In this document: piece after piece, positions 1-13,494 of the stretch
Layout of the letters: each line of letters opens with the position of its first letter
How positions within the stretch are numbered: the stretch's first letter is position 1
From: Octopus vulgaris
Taxonomy: Eukaryota
Length of the DNA: 64,000 nucleotides
Assembly: GCA_951406725.2 (NCBI GenBank)
Contig: OX597816.1
Coordinates: forward strand, 52,576,001-52,640,000
Direction: 5' to 3'
Position numbers and translations under genes: made by a program
The notes under the pieces: model-generated
Told to the model about the DNA's origin: nothing
The model's input: only the letters and a program-made list of their open reading frames with translations
Databases searched by the model: none

Positions 1-453
1 ACTCTCACCACTCACACTGTTCACTCTCTCTCTCTTTCTCTTTGCCTCTCCCTTCAACTAGCCATGTGACAGCATTACACATTTGGCCTGAGCCCATTAA
101 TATATGGATATTTTAATAAAATTAAACAAAAGTTTATATAATTATTATGTAAGTGTGTGTGTTATATGATTTTATTATGACCGTACTAATGTATAGTTTC
201 AGTTTCAACTCATGATCCCAGCTCAAATTCTTTGCTTTAGCAAATACAACTCCACTGCATGGTATCTTGGGCATTTGACCTCTTCTGTAGCCCATGGCCA
301 AGTTATGTCATGTGAGGGAAATTGTTTGACAGAGATTGTAATAAAATAAAAGACTGTAAGAAAGCCTACCATTTCTATGTGTGTGTGTGAGGATGTGAGT
401 GCATAAATGTCAATTCAATATGTTATAATTAGTAACCATCTAATGAAAGACAG

Positions 454-770
454 TGTGGAGGCACAATGGCCCAGTGGTTAGGGCAGTGGACTCACAGTCG
501 GAGGATTGTAGTTTCGATTCCCAGACTGTCGCTGTGTGTGTTTATTGAGTGAAAACACCTAAAGCTCCATGAGACTCCACCAGGGGGTGGGGGTGGTGGC
601 GACCCCTGTTGTATTCTTTCGCCCCAACTTTCTCTCACTTTCTCTTCCTGCTTCTTGAGTAACGCTGCGATAGACTGGTGTCCCATCCAGCTAGGGTGAA
701 CACATAAGCCACAGAAACCGGGAAACTGGGCCCATGAGCCTGGCTAGGCTTGAAAAGGGCGAAAAAAAAA
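454..770 (+). mobile_element. SINE family D (tRNA-derived)
   Basis: A box TGGCCCAGTGG, B box GTTTCGATTCC, GAT.GACTGG..TCCC.TCCAG motif, A tail, TSD AATGA(A/C)AGACAGT. Confidence 0.8.
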
Positions 771-1252
771 AATGACAGACAGTATCATTGTTCACTTTCT
801 CCGGTGAGGAAATACTCTAGAGTTCAGCAAGCATGTGGAAACTGATGCAGTTAAGAAATATCTTCCTTGAAAAAGAAGTACAGGTTGGTGACAGGAAGAG
901 CATCTAGCTATGATAAATCTGGCATCAAACGTTTAACGTATCTCATACAAGAAAGGAAAACTAGAAATAATCCTTTCTACTATATACAATATCCCTTTAA
1001 CTGGTTCACTCACAAGGCATTGGTCAGCTTGGGGTTATAGTAGAAGTCAACTGCCTATGGTACCATACAGTGGGACTGAATCTGAAATCACATGGTTGCA
1101 AAGTGAGCTATATAACCACACAGTAATGCCTGTTGTACCTGTAACATCAAATCATTTGTGGCAGACAGCCAGGCAAACAGAATACATGCTTGTGTGCATG
1201 AACGTCTCTGGAAAAGCAAACATCATTAAACATAAAATGAGGATGGTAATTA

Positions 1253-1435
<183 letters not shown>

Positions 1436-2397
1436 TCAATAAGAAATTTTTCCTTGGCGATAGAAGTTTTAAGGAGATCTTTTGTGTTACAGAAAATCAT
1501 TTTAATTTCAGGAAGTTTGAATTGAAGAAAATTCTGAGTGATTAATGGGGTGGACTTTTGAATTCCAAGTCTGCCATTAAAACTGCATTCAGAACCAAGA
1601 CAAACCACTTTGCTTGTCTCATTCAACTTAGTTCAAAATTAAATAACACTTCTACTTCAGACTTAAGTGGTGAGTATTTGAAAAGACATTCTGAATTACT
1701 TTAGTCATTTAAGAAGTTCACAACAGAATTGTCCAACAGATTTTTGTATGGAATTATTTTCCTTTATGATTGCCAAAATTAAAACATGAAAACCTTTAAA
1801 TATTTTAGTCGGTGTCAAAGCAACTTTAAAATGCTTAATATGTTTGGTTTTTGACAATGAATGGTCAGATTGTTTAAACAATAATTTACTCGTCTGAAGT
1901 GGCTGAGTAGAGGAGCAATATGTTAAAGACATAAATCTCTCTTTGCTTCAATAAAATCTTAAAAGATTGCTGTTTAAAAACAACCTGAAAAATTAAGCTG
2001 TCACAAATTCCTTTACTACTATTTTCTAATTTCAGCACAAAGCTGCATATTTTGGAGGAGAATATAGTTGGCTAAATTGATCCCAATAGCAGACTCATAC
2101 TTTATTTTATTGACCACAAAAGAATGAAAGGCTAAGTTGGCTTTGGCAGGATTTGAACTCAGAATTTTCTTCAATACTACTATTGACCTAAAGTGTTGAG
2201 CAGGTAGAACCACTAGCATGCTGTGCAGATGCTTTGTGAAATGTCATCCATTCTGTGTTCTGCATTCAAGTTCCACCAAGACTGACTTTGCCTTTCATCC
2301 TTTCAAGGTTGATGAAATTAGGACCAGTTGAGCACTCAGGTCAATGTAATTGACTTACCTCACCTAAAACTGCTGGCCTTGTGTCAGAATCTAAAAC

Positions 2398-2643
2398 CGT
2401 GGCACATAAAAAGCACCAACCAATTGTGGCCATTGCCAGCCTCCGCTGGCACCTGTGCCAGTGGCACGTAAAAAGCACCCACTACACTCATGGAGTGGTT
2501 GGCGATAGGAAGGGCATCTAGCTGTAGAAACACTGCCAGATCAGACTGGAGCCTGGTGCAGCCTCCTGGTTTCCCAGACCCCGGTCGAACCATCCAGCCC
2601 ATGCTAGCATGGAAAACGGATGTTAAACGATGATGATGATGAT
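2398..2643 (+). mobile_element. Family C RTE 3' end
   Basis: Matches 35200-35463, with (GAT)n tail. Confidence 0.75.
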
Positions 2644-3535
2644 TTAAAATAGTTATATTTCTACTCTAAAAATCACATTCCCTCTCAAAACTAGATCATC
2701 ATCATCATTTAGCATTCATTTTCCATGCTGGCATGATTTGGGCAGTTTCACAGAAGACAGCAAACCAGAGGATAGCACCAGACTTAACTGTATGTTTTTG
2801 CATGGATTTTATGGCTGGCTGCCCCTCCTAACACGAACCGTCTTACAGAGTGCACTGGCACATTCTGCATGGCATGGTTTTACAAGAATTTTTAAAAACA
2901 GATTTTAGGAACTCTAGTTGTAATGCTTCGATTTTTTCAAGAATTTGTAACAATTTCTGCTCATATGAAATCACAGAAAACTGTACTATATTGTAAGGAA
3001 ATCATTGAAATTCTATCTTCGAATTTATTCTTTCTTTCCTCTCTTACCCTTTCTGTCTATCCATTACAAAGAAACAGATTTAGAAGTTAAGGCATAATCC
3101 AATAAAATATGGCATTACTTACTCTCACTATGTCTGAGTTGGTTAATCTATTATATCAGGTGGCAGATATTGTAAATATCTCACCATCAAATCAGACATG
3201 ACCTAAGTATAGCTTGAATACTACAGTAAGGTTTTGAAAAAGAAATACAAGAAACTTAAGATGGTCGCTCTTCAGCAAAGATAAGTCTGGAAGCTATTGT
3301 TTGATTTGTAAATATTTGGAAAATGTGTCTATTTCTGAAACTTAGCATCTGAACCAAACACATGCAACATAAATCAATTTAGAATCCTAATAGCTTTAGT
3401 GGAAAAGTAAGTTAAGAACTAGATTCATAGTTTCTGATAATGAGATCACCTGTATGCACGATTTCTTTAGAATCTACACTGCTTACTCTAGGTTGCTGAA
3501 AAATTGCTGCCTGCTCTATTTTGTGACAGTATGTT

Positions 3536-3541
<6 letters not shown>

Positions 3542-3595
<54 letters not shown>
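3542..3595. repeat. (AG)n microsatellite
   Basis: Direct reading. Confidence 0.95.
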
Positions 3596-3598
<3 letters not shown>

Positions 3599-4220
3599 CT
3601 AACTGAAAAATCTTAAGAATTTACATAAATATTTTAATTTGTGGATTTGACAAAACTTTATTAATACAAAAAGATAAAATGGCTGAATAATAGAAAACAA
3701 ATCAACATCATCATCATTGTCATTTAACCTATAGTAGAAGACACTTGCCCAAGGTGCCACACAGTGGGAATGAACCCGGAACCATGTGGTTGGTAAGCAA
3801 GCTACTTACCACACAGCCACTCCTGTGTATAAAACTACTGGACAACTAACATACAGTATTTCAGAAACTATGCTTACATAATTGTCGCAAGTAGGAAGCT
3901 ATACAATAAAAAGATAACAAATGAGGCATCACATCAAGATCTTTTCATAAATATTTTATCAGTAATCATCAATGATACTTTTGTTTTATTTACATTCAAT
4001 ATTCATGGGACGGACAGACAGACAAACAAAAGTCAAAGTTTTAGAAACCAAACCATTATTATCATAGATAAAGAAATTCTTACTATAAAGAAGTTTACAG
4101 TAGCAAATAACTGAATTAACAGAACCTTGCTGTGAATATCTTCATTACCAATGACCTTTTTATTTCAATAAATTTTCTCACAGACTCATAGTTTTTGAAA
4201 TATATGTCTGTTCAATATAT

Positions 4221-4700
4221 CATCATCATCATCATCATCGTTTAACGTCCGTTGTCCATGCTAGCATGGGTTGAACGGTTCGACCGGGGATCTGGGAAGC
4301 CAGAAGGCTGCACCAGGCTCCAGTCTTATCTGGCAGTGTTTCTACAGCTGGATGCCCTTCCTAACACCAACCACTCCATGAGTGTAGTGGGTGCTTTTTA
4401 CGTGCCACCTGCACAGGTGCCAGGTGAGGCTGGCAACGGCCACGGTCGGATTGGTGTATTTTATGTGCCACCGGCACGGAAGCCAGACAAGGCGGAGCTG
4501 GCATCGGCCACGAGTCAGATAGTGCTTTTTACGCAACGAGTCGGATAGTGCTTTTTACGTACAACCAGACCAGGGATCCTGGCTGGTTCAATTCGATTTC
4601 GATTTCGATTTCGCTTGCCCCAACATGTCTTCGCAAGCAAGGGGGTTGGCATGGGTGCCTGTCGTACGGTCAGATTGGTGTATTTTACGTACCACCAACA
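4221..4700 (-). mobile_element. Family C RTE 3' end
   Basis: (CAT)n followed by the reverse complement of the family C terminus and tandem units. Confidence 0.75.
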
Positions 4701-5124
4701 AGCTTATTTCCCCAGTTTTACCTCTCAGTTGAATAACAAATGTTACTAAATGAATATGTGGGACAGGGTAATTGTAAATTTTACTTTAGAGTTTTAGAAT
4801 TTTCAAGATAGTTCTCAGACCCGTAGTACTAGTTTCATGGATCTTCAAATTGAAGAACAGCTTTAGCAGAGTGAAGAACAAAATATCTTGCAATATCTAT
4901 GTATATTGGTTTCAAATTTATAGTTCAAGGTCAGCAAGTTTGGTGGAGGGGGTAAGTTAATTACATAAACCCCAGTGATTAATTGGTACTTATTTTATTG
5001 ACCCCAAAAGGATAAAAGACAAAGTTGACCTTGACAGCATTTGAACACTGGACATAAATACAGATAAAATGCCACTAAGCCTGGCATGCTAACAATTCTA
5101 CCAGCTCACTGTCTTTTTTGTTGT

Positions 5125-5623
5125 GACCCCCTTCGGTCATCAATGACCATGGGATTGCACCTAGAAAGTTACCCTCCGAGGTACAAGTCTGGGCAAGGTT
5201 GTTTATGGAGGACCAGCAGTCGCCCATGCTAACCAGCCACCAATGTTATCCAAGGGAAAGGTAAAGGCCGATACAGCTTGGCACTAGTGACATCACAGCT
5301 CATTTATTAACATGCAAGTGGCTGAGCACTCCACAGAAACATGTACCCTTAACGTAGTTCTCAGGGAGATTCAGCATGACACAGAGTGTGACAAGGCTGG
5401 CCCTTTGAAATACAGGTACAACAGAAACAGGAAGAAAGAGTGAAAGACAGTTGTGGTGAAAGAGTACAGCAGGGTTCACCCCCCCCCCCCTTCCTTGCTG
5501 GAGCCTCATGGAACTTTAGGTGTTTTTGCTCAATAAACACTAACAATGTCCGGTCTGGGAATAGAAACTGCAATCCTATGACTGCAAGTCCGCTGCCCTA
5601 ACCACTGGGCCGTTGCGCCTCCA
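5125..5623 (-). mobile_element. Chimeric SINE: family D head + extra middle + family E tail
   Basis: 5623-5425 matches family D; 5300-5125 matches the 3' part of 60353-60688. Confidence 0.7.
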
Positions 5624-6042
5624 CAGCTCACCATCTCAATATCTATGTATATTATACAGCAATATGGCTTCTCTTCTCTATGAATACATTTGTGAACTGT
5701 GAGTTACCTTTTAGAGAGAGGAACTTTGTGTATATTTATGTTCTGAATTTCAATGATGCCAAGTATTGACTTTGTATGCTATCCATCTGGGGTTGATGAC
5801 TTAATAACTAATGATGAATGCAATTCATTGAATCAACCGTTCCATCCCAATAAATTTCTGGTCTTGTGCCCATGTTACAAATCATTATTATTAACAGAGA
5901 GTATAAACTGTATTTACCATAGAAGATAACAGAGACAGGCATGGATGGGTAGTTAAGACGTTTGGTCTTCAATTGTGTAAGTTTGGATTCTGTCAAACAG
6001 TGTGGCAACTTATGCAGATGTTTTCAACTTTAGCCATGAACA

Positions 6043-6280
6043 TACTCTTTACTCTTTTACTCTTTTACTTGTTTCAGTCATTTGACTGCGGCCATGCTGG
6101 AGCACCGCCTTTAATCGAGCAAATCGACCCCGGGACTTATTCTTTTGTAAGCCCAGTACTTATTCTATCGGTCTCTTTTGCTGAACCACTAAGTAACGGG
6201 GTCATAAACACACCAACATTGGTTGTCAAGCAATGCTAGGGGGACAAACACAGACACACAAACACACACACGCATATATA
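6043..6280 (-). mobile_element. SINE family A 3' half (head-only fragments also at 3729-3827, 29634-29767, 42243-42400)
   Basis: Matches the family A tail up to the microsatellite. Confidence 0.75.
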
Positions 6281-6616
6281 CTATCTACCAAAATAATTTT
6301 ATAGTCTTGTGCAGGTACTGCTGTCAAGATATGATTTCATGTAAGACTGGAAATGAGGGACACTGTTCATGTGACATTGAGACTCATTTACAATTAACAT
6401 TCAACGTCACAACAAGGAAACAGTAACAAGCCTGATCCTGCCCTCTCTTTCTGCCAACTGTATCATTGCTATCCTGTCATGTCCACCTATATACCTGGGT
6501 TTCATCAGTCGTTACGTGCCTCCTCCCCCTCCCCATCTTTTGCTTTCTCATGAAATCCCTACTCACACATCCTAGGCAATCCTCCCTCTCTCTCTCCCTC
6601 TCTGTATGTATATATA

Positions 6617-6791
6617 CACTAGTGTAACTAGCTAATGAAAGATTGGAGGGGGTGGTCTATCTTGGGTGGCACTTTTATGAGGGCGGCACCACTTTTGGAT
6701 CTGCTGTAGGCAATGTGTATTTTTTGTGGTGGACCTGGGGCAGCAAACTGAAGGGCCACCCCAGGTGGCACACACCCTAGCTACACTAGTG
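6617..6791. mobile_element. Short MITE (possibly hAT-derived)
   Basis: 15-bp TIR CACTAGTGTAACTAG / CTAGCTACACTAGTG (14/15) around a GC-richer core. The TSD is obscured by TA/TG repeats. Confidence 0.55.
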
Positions 6792-7846
6792 TGTATGTGC
6801 GTGTGTGTGTGTGTGTATGTGTTCATGCCTTCTTGTCTATATATCACATGCTATAATGAAATGTCACCATTATACAAGTGCTTCAGTTTATTTGCAATTG
6901 TTTTTAAAACATGTTCAGCCTTTTTTTTTTGTTGTTGTTGTTGTTTGTTTTCGTAGAACTATGAGAAACATAACCTTGCTTAGCAATAGGTTAGGAGTGG
7001 GTACAGGGAGTGCATCCAGCAGTAGAAACCTGGCCCAACAAATTTCTTATGACTCACGCAAGTATGGGAGATGATGCAACATTAAAACAACAACAAAAAC
7101 AATTATGATGATGATGATGACGGTAATGGTAGTGGTGGTGGCAGTGACGCTAATGAAACCAACACTCCCAGTGCCAACCCTGACTATGACTTCGGTAAAT
7201 TTCCTGCAAGCTGTTATATTTGTCATGTTAGAAAATTTACAATCATACCTTGCATTTCAGTCTTCATAGTTACTCAATCCATTTATTTTTCACTTAGCGA
7301 AAGAGCTAAGTTCTATTAAATGTATAATGTTTGCATTTTCCATAAAGAATTTCTGTCAGGAGACCTACTCTAGCCTTCCAAATATTTTCATGCTAAACGT
7401 TACTTTATTGGTGAAAATTGTCTTGGTAGGAAAAAAAAAAAAATACTCAGATTTTGAAGTAATCTTTCAGCAACTAACAGCTTGTTTTAATATACAGTAT
7501 GTTGATAAAGAATGTATGCTTTAATAATTTAGTTCATTTACTTAATGTTTTTCCATGTTAGCATAGGGTTGGACAGAGATTAATTCTAAGACATAATTTT
7601 AAGACCAGATGCTCTCTCTGTCACCAACCTTTATCTGTTTTTCAAGTAAAAGATACCTTTATTCCACTTGTCTTCAAACCTGAAGAGTGGCCAGACATAA
7701 TGTCAACACGGTACGTTAACATCAATACTGCCTCGCTCAAGTGGTGACACACATGAAATATATAAACAATCCTACTTTTACATCCATACATGCACACATA
7801 CACAAACATATCTACTTGAAACTCTGTGTATGTGTGAGTGTATGTA

Positions 7847-7882
<36 letters not shown>

Positions 7883-7892
7883 CATATAAGAA

Positions 7893-8160
7893 GAGACCCT
7901 CTTCACACCTAGAAAGTTACCATCCCAAGCACAAGTCCAGGCAAGGTTGTTTGTGGAAGGCCAGCAGTTGCCCATGCATGCCAGCCTCCCCTCTCCACAC
8001 CAGTGATGTTATCCAAGGGAAAGGCAAAGTCTGATACAGCTTGGCACCAGTGATGTCGCAACTCATTTCTACAGCTGAGTGACCTGGAGCACCATAAAAT
8101 AAAGTGTCTTGCTCAAGAACACAACACACAGCCCGGTCTGGGAATCGAACTCACAACCTT
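7893..8160 (-). mobile_element. SINE family E (partial)
   Basis: Reverse complement of ~60400-60688. Confidence 0.75.
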
Positions 8161-8232
8161 ACTCTAGATGAAGAATTCAGAGTTAAAGTTCAAATTCATT
8201 TGAGCACTACTGTGTTTTCAATACTGAGCATG

Positions 8233-8273
<41 letters not shown>

Positions 8274-8697
8274 TTGCATGTATAAATATTTGTGTTTGAA
8301 TATATATACACACACACACTCAACTGTTTTCCTGTTGTTTCTGTCTACTGAATTCCCTCACATGACTTTGAGTGGGAGGTATCTTTATAATTAAAATGGT
8401 TGGCTGAAGATCTCTAATGGTTGATGTCAGGCTTTGATATCATCTGTGAATGAATTAGTGCATTGCTTGAAGAGGAATAAACTCTTTAAATTTTCATATA
8501 TGAAAACCAGGCAATTTATTCAAATTATCAGAGACAATAAAATACTCGAACCAAATTTAGATACACTCTAATCCCAATGACTGACTCACAATGATTTTAT
8601 TACTTTAATCTTTAAGATGTCAATCCTTGCCTCACATTTCACAGCAACCTCTAGTCTTGACAAAATTATTAGGGTACTGCTGTTATGAATAGGATAT

Positions 8698-8930
8698 GTA
8701 TTTCTTTATTGCCCACAGGGGGATAAACACAGAGGGGACAAACAAGGACAGACAAAGGGATTAAGCCGATTACTTCAACCCCAGTGCTTAACTAGTACTT
8801 AATTTATCGACCTCGAAAGGATGAAAGGCAAAGTTGACCTTGGCAGAATTTGAACTCAGAACGTAATGGCAGACGAAATACTGCTAAGCATTTCCCTCAA
8901 CGTGCTAACGTTTCTGCCAGCTTGCCGCCT
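8698..8930 (-). mobile_element. SINE family B (tRNA-derived)
   Basis: Minus strand: GGCAAGCTGGCAGAAACGTTAGC head, GAGTTCAAATTC B box, GACTTTGCCTTTCATCCTTTCG.GGTCGATAAA central domain, AATAAAGAAATA tail. Confidence 0.8.
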
Positions 8931-9258
8931 TTTATAAATATGATATGTCCTAGGAATTTTTCAATCTGGTGCAGCCCATCACCCTCCAGGTAGAACAATA
9001 ATTGGTTTCTTCCAAAAAGAGAAAGAGAGAGAATAATCAACCTCAGTACAGGACTTAGTTTATCGCCCCTGTTCCCACTAAAAGGAGGAAAGGTGGTGTT
9101 TGAACTCAAAGTGTAGAGCGTTTCAACAAATTCTGCAAAGCAATCTATTTGATGCTCTTGTGACTTGGTCAATGTGCTTCCTTATAAACCAGCAGCATGT
9201 TAAGGTACAACATGATGAAGAACATGAAAATATATACAAAGAAATGGTCAAACTTATA

Positions 9259-9555
9259 CAGAGTGTCCACAAAGTCTGGGTACATGGGGATTAACACACA
9301 CTTCAAGAAATTATAATTTCTTATATTCAATTGTTTATGTTATAATTTTATTTACTCCATGTACCCACATGGGGATTAATACATACTTTAAGACATTATT
9401 ATTTCTTATATTTAATTGTTTATATTATGATTTTATTTACTCCATGTACCCACATGGGGATTAATACATACTTTAAGAAATTATTATTTCTTATATTTAA
9501 TTGTTTATGTTATGATTTTATTTACTCCATGTACCCAGTCTTTGTGGACACCCTG
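9259..9555. mobile_element. Tc1/mariner-type MITE containing 3 x 85-bp tandem repeats
   Basis: TA|CAGAGTGTCCACAAAGTCTGGGTACATGG ... CCATGTACCCAGTCTTTGTGGACACCCTG|TA. Internal units start at 9282, 9367 and 9452. Confidence 0.85.
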
Positions 9556-9860
9556 TAGATTATCAAGCATAGTACATTTCTACCCTCCATGTTATGCAAC
9601 ATAATTATATTCATGCTGTCATTTTATGATGATGGTGATGACAATAATGATGGTGTGTTGATGATATAACATAAACTATATTAAGAGCAAAGTTTAGACA
9701 CACACACAACAGGCTTCTGCAGAGTCTCCATCAATCAAACTCACTCACAACACACTGGTCAGTCAAAATTTGTAGCAGTAGACACTTGTCTAATTCATGC
9801 AAAAAAGGCATCTTAACCTCAGTCATGCCAGCATCTGTAAATTTTTTTAAACACTCTGGC

Positions 9861-9932
9861 AGCAGAGTGGTGCAGTGGAAGCATTCTGGGCTCATAACCC
9901 AGAGGTTTGTAGATCAAAATTATGCCCTGCTA
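9861..9932 (+). pseudogene. Initiator tRNA-Met (CAT) pseudogene
   Basis: 72 nt, AGCAGAGTGGTGCAGTGGAAGCATTCTGGGCTCATAACCCAGAGG...CCCTGCTA, colinear with eukaryotic tRNAi-Met. It has A1:U72, the CTGGG/CCCAG anticodon stem, a CAT anticodon and an ATC-type T-loop. The T-stem is mostly G-U, the acceptor stem has one mismatch, the B box is damaged and there is no oligo-T terminator. Confidence 0.8.
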
Positions 9933-9945
9933 AGCATACTTCCTT

Positions 9946-10105
9946 AGGCACAGGAGTGGTTGTGTGGTAAGAGGCTTGCTTCCTAACCACATGGTTCCAA
10001 GTTCAGTCCCACTGTGTGGCACTTTGGGAAAGTGTCTTCTACTTTGCCTCAGGCCAACCAAAGCCTTGTGAGTGGATTTGGTAGATGGAAACCGAAAGAA
10101 GCCTG

Positions 10106-10150
<45 letters not shown>

Positions 10151-10200
10151 TATACTTATATGTATATATATCAATATATATATATATATATATCTGTATA

Positions 10201-10241
<41 letters not shown>

Positions 10242-10433
10242 GTTTGTGTATCTGTGTTTGTCCCCCCATCATTGCTTGACAACTGATGTCAGTGTGCCCA
10301 CATCCCAGTAACTAGTGGTTCAGCAAAAGAGACCGATAGAATAAGTACTGGGCTTACAAAGAATAAGTCAATTTCTTCGACTAAATGTCGTGCTCCGGAA
10401 TGGCTGCAGTTAAATGACCAAAACAAGTAAAAG
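9946..10433 (+). mobile_element. SINE family A (tRNA-derived, CORE-like, internal TA microsatellite)
   Basis: A box TGGTTGTGTGG, B box AGTTCAGTCCC, CORE-like CTTTGGGAAAGTGTCTT, central (TA)n, tail ACAAGTAAAAGA. Confidence 0.8.
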
Positions 10434-10881
10434 AATTTCTTTTTACCAAGCAAATGATTAAGTTTGACTTTATTTCCTGTCAATTTTAGATATTGATTAA
10501 TATAATACAGAATAACAGATGACAAAATTTATGCAGTACCAAGACAATTTATGTGCACTATCTATCCATCATCGAATAATTAATGACTTCCTTCATTACA
10601 CAAGGTTATTCCTGGGAGGACTTCAATGAACAAAAATGTTCAACAGAAGTCAAATTATGTAAAGTATCCACTTTGTTATTCTAAACTACTACAAACACAA
10701 AAATAACCATTTATTATTACACAGGAGAGTAACTTGGCAGAATTGTTAGAGCACCAGAAAAAACTGCGTTACAGTATGTTCAAACTCTTTGTGTTCCGAA
10801 TTCAATTCTTATTGAGGTTTCACGTCTCACTATAAAGGATCATCAGCCTATGACTAGACACAAACTTATGTTGTGTGAAGT

Positions 10882-11245
10882 TCATCATCATCATCGTTTA
10901 ACGTCCACTTTCCATGCTAGCATGGGTTGGACGATTTGACCGAGGTCTGGCGAACCAGATGGCTGCACCAGGCTCCAGTCTTGATCTGGCAGAGTTTCTA
11001 CAGCTGGATGCCCTTCCTAACGCCAACCACTCTGAGAGTGTAGTGGGTGCTTTTACATGCCACCGGCACGGGGGCCAGTCAGGTGGTACTGGCAACGGCC
11101 ATGCTCAAATGGTGCTTTTTATGTGCCACCTGCACAGGAGCCAGTCCAGTGACACTGGCAATGACCTCTCTCGAATGTTTTCTCACGTGCCACCAGCACA
11201 AGTGCCAGTAAGGCGACGCAGGTAATGATCACACTCAAATGGTGC
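10882..11245 (-). mobile_element. Family C RTE 3' end
   Basis: (CAT)n + family C terminus + tandem units. Confidence 0.75.
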
Positions 11246-11345
11246 TAGCCTGAAATTATTTGGAAAGGTTTGAATTGATTACATCAATCCCAGTGCTCAA
11301 CTGGCACTTGTTCTATGTGCTAACTATTCTGCCAGCTCACTGTTT

Positions 11346-11353
11346 TAATAATA

Positions 11354-11411
<58 letters not shown>

Positions 11412-11421
11412 CGATGATGAT
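11346..11421. repeat. (AAT)n(GAT)n microsatellite
   Basis: Direct reading. Confidence 0.95.
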
Positions 11422-12867
11422 TTAGTCTGAAAGTCAGCAGTTTTGAGAGAAGTGGAATAATCAGTACCATCAACACTATTACTTGACTGTTCGTTTGATT
11501 GACCCCCCACCCCACCCCGAGATGAAAGGCAAAGTCGGCTGTGACAGGGTTTGAACTTAAACTGTAAAAACACAGAAGAACTACCACCTGGCATTTTGTC
11601 TGATGATCTAATAATTCTGTCACATCAATAATAACAAGAACACTCAGAGAACACAGACCTCCATCAAGGCAATACCAACGTCCTCTCAATGATTAACCAG
11701 AGATGACTTTTAAAATGAGAATATCTGAAATAAACTTGACTGCCCTCACAAACGAGAATACTAAAAATGAAGCAAACTGCTCTCAGAAATTAAGTAAAAA
11801 TCTGGAAAAATAATCCAGAATCCTTGTCTGGTACCTGATCAGTCCTAATGGCAGTCATGGAATGTGAAGGTGGCTGTAGAAAATTTAGTAGCAGTAATAA
11901 ATAGTTTGTCCTTGTCTAATACAAGCCTAAGTTAACAAATTCACCATTCAAAATAGTTACAGCCTAAAGGGAGATAATTGAGAAAGACTTGAAAGTTAAC
12001 ATAAGATCGTAATCATGTAAAGTAAATATAACAAATAACCCAGAAGACTACTGAGCTGGATTGACACAGCTTGGCACTAGTGTCATCACAGACATAGCTA
12101 CCAGAACATAGAGAAACCAGATCAGGTACCACAAGATATCCCAACTGACTTCCTAACAGTGTAACAAATCCACTGCTCTGGGTTGGTAATCTTTTAACAA
12201 TCCCAAAAGTATGAATGACAAGGTTGACTTTAGTGTAATTTGAACTCAGAGTGCAGAGACCTGGAAGAAATACTGTGGGGCATTCTGTCAAATATTCTAT
12301 TGACACTGCTAATTCTTTACTTCTTTCATATTACAAAGCTGCATATAAACCTTATTCAAGGTTGCTGTAATTCAATATAAATCAAAGGCTGTGTCATCTA
12401 ACTACAAAACCAATAGCTACTCACTTCAGATAGCATGTAACAGTGAGAAACCAATATTTACTGTTTAGTTTATGAAACCAGGTTTTCTGTTGTCTACAAA
12501 GATCATTTGCTAGTGATGTACTGGTGTTATTTGTAAGAGTAAAACTAGATAGAAACAATTTACCATCACCTTTAGAACTTCTTATATAAAGATGTATCTG
12601 ATGCAATTATCTCCCCCAGTGACTGTTGTTCTTATTGGGTAACAAAGCATTTTTAAATACAAGACTGAATTTTAGCAGAAGTAGAAAATACAGAATGAAT
12701 TGATCTTTACTTGTAATATATATTGTTTAGCCAAATTACTTACAGATATGTTCAATTAGAAATAAGGATTTAATTACTTGTATGTCTTAAATCAAAACCT
12801 ATCTTCATATGCAATAGAAACCAACAGTGACCAAATATGGTTTTTTGGGTTGGCAGAATCAGGAGAA

Positions 12868-13013
12868 GGCGGCAAGCTGGCAGAAACGTTAGCATGCTGG
12901 GCGAAATATTTCGATAAATTAAGTACCAGTTTCGCACTGGGGTCGATGTAATCGACTTAATCCTTTTGTCTGTCCCCTCTATGTTTAGCCCCTTGTGGGT
13001 AATAAAGAAATAA
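12868..13013 (+). mobile_element. SINE family B (internally deleted)
   Basis: Head joined directly to the 3' part; AGAATCAG on both flanks. Confidence 0.75.
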
Positions 13014-13244
13014 GAATCAGCAGGAGAAGGAACATGAATACAATTTGTTCCATTCCAAATAGCTGGAATTTCTTTTCAAGAATAATTTAACATCTAAAAA
13101 CTTTATGTCAACTACTCAAATGACTGATCTATTCAGCTGAAAATAATTCAGCAACATAAAACTTAACTGCAACTCACAGACAGATTCCAGTTCTTGACCC
13201 ACAGGTGCATTACCTCCTCATTAAGCCTTTTTCTAAGTACTATT

Positions 13245-13480
13245 ATATTTATTTCTTTATTGCCCACAAGGGGCTAAAGATAGAGGGGACAAACAAGGAC
13301 AAACAAAGGGATTCAGTCGATTAGATCGACCCCAGTGCATAACTGCTACTTATTTAATCGACCCCAAAAGGATGAAAGGCTAAGTCGACCTCAGCGGAAT
13401 TTGAACTCAGAACACAGCGGCAGAAGAAATACCGCTAAGCATTTTGTCTGGCATGCTAACAATTCTGCCAGCTCGCCACC
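13245..13480 (-). mobile_element. SINE family B
   Basis: Full-length; 12-bp TSD CTAAGTACTATT (13233-13244, 13481-13492). Confidence 0.85.
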
Positions 13481-13494
13481 CTAAGTACTATTTT

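Noticed and set aside
454-530. tRNA-like heads of SINEs as tRNA genes
   Set aside because: They have A/B boxes but no full cloverleaf, and they continue into SINE bodies flanked by TSDs.
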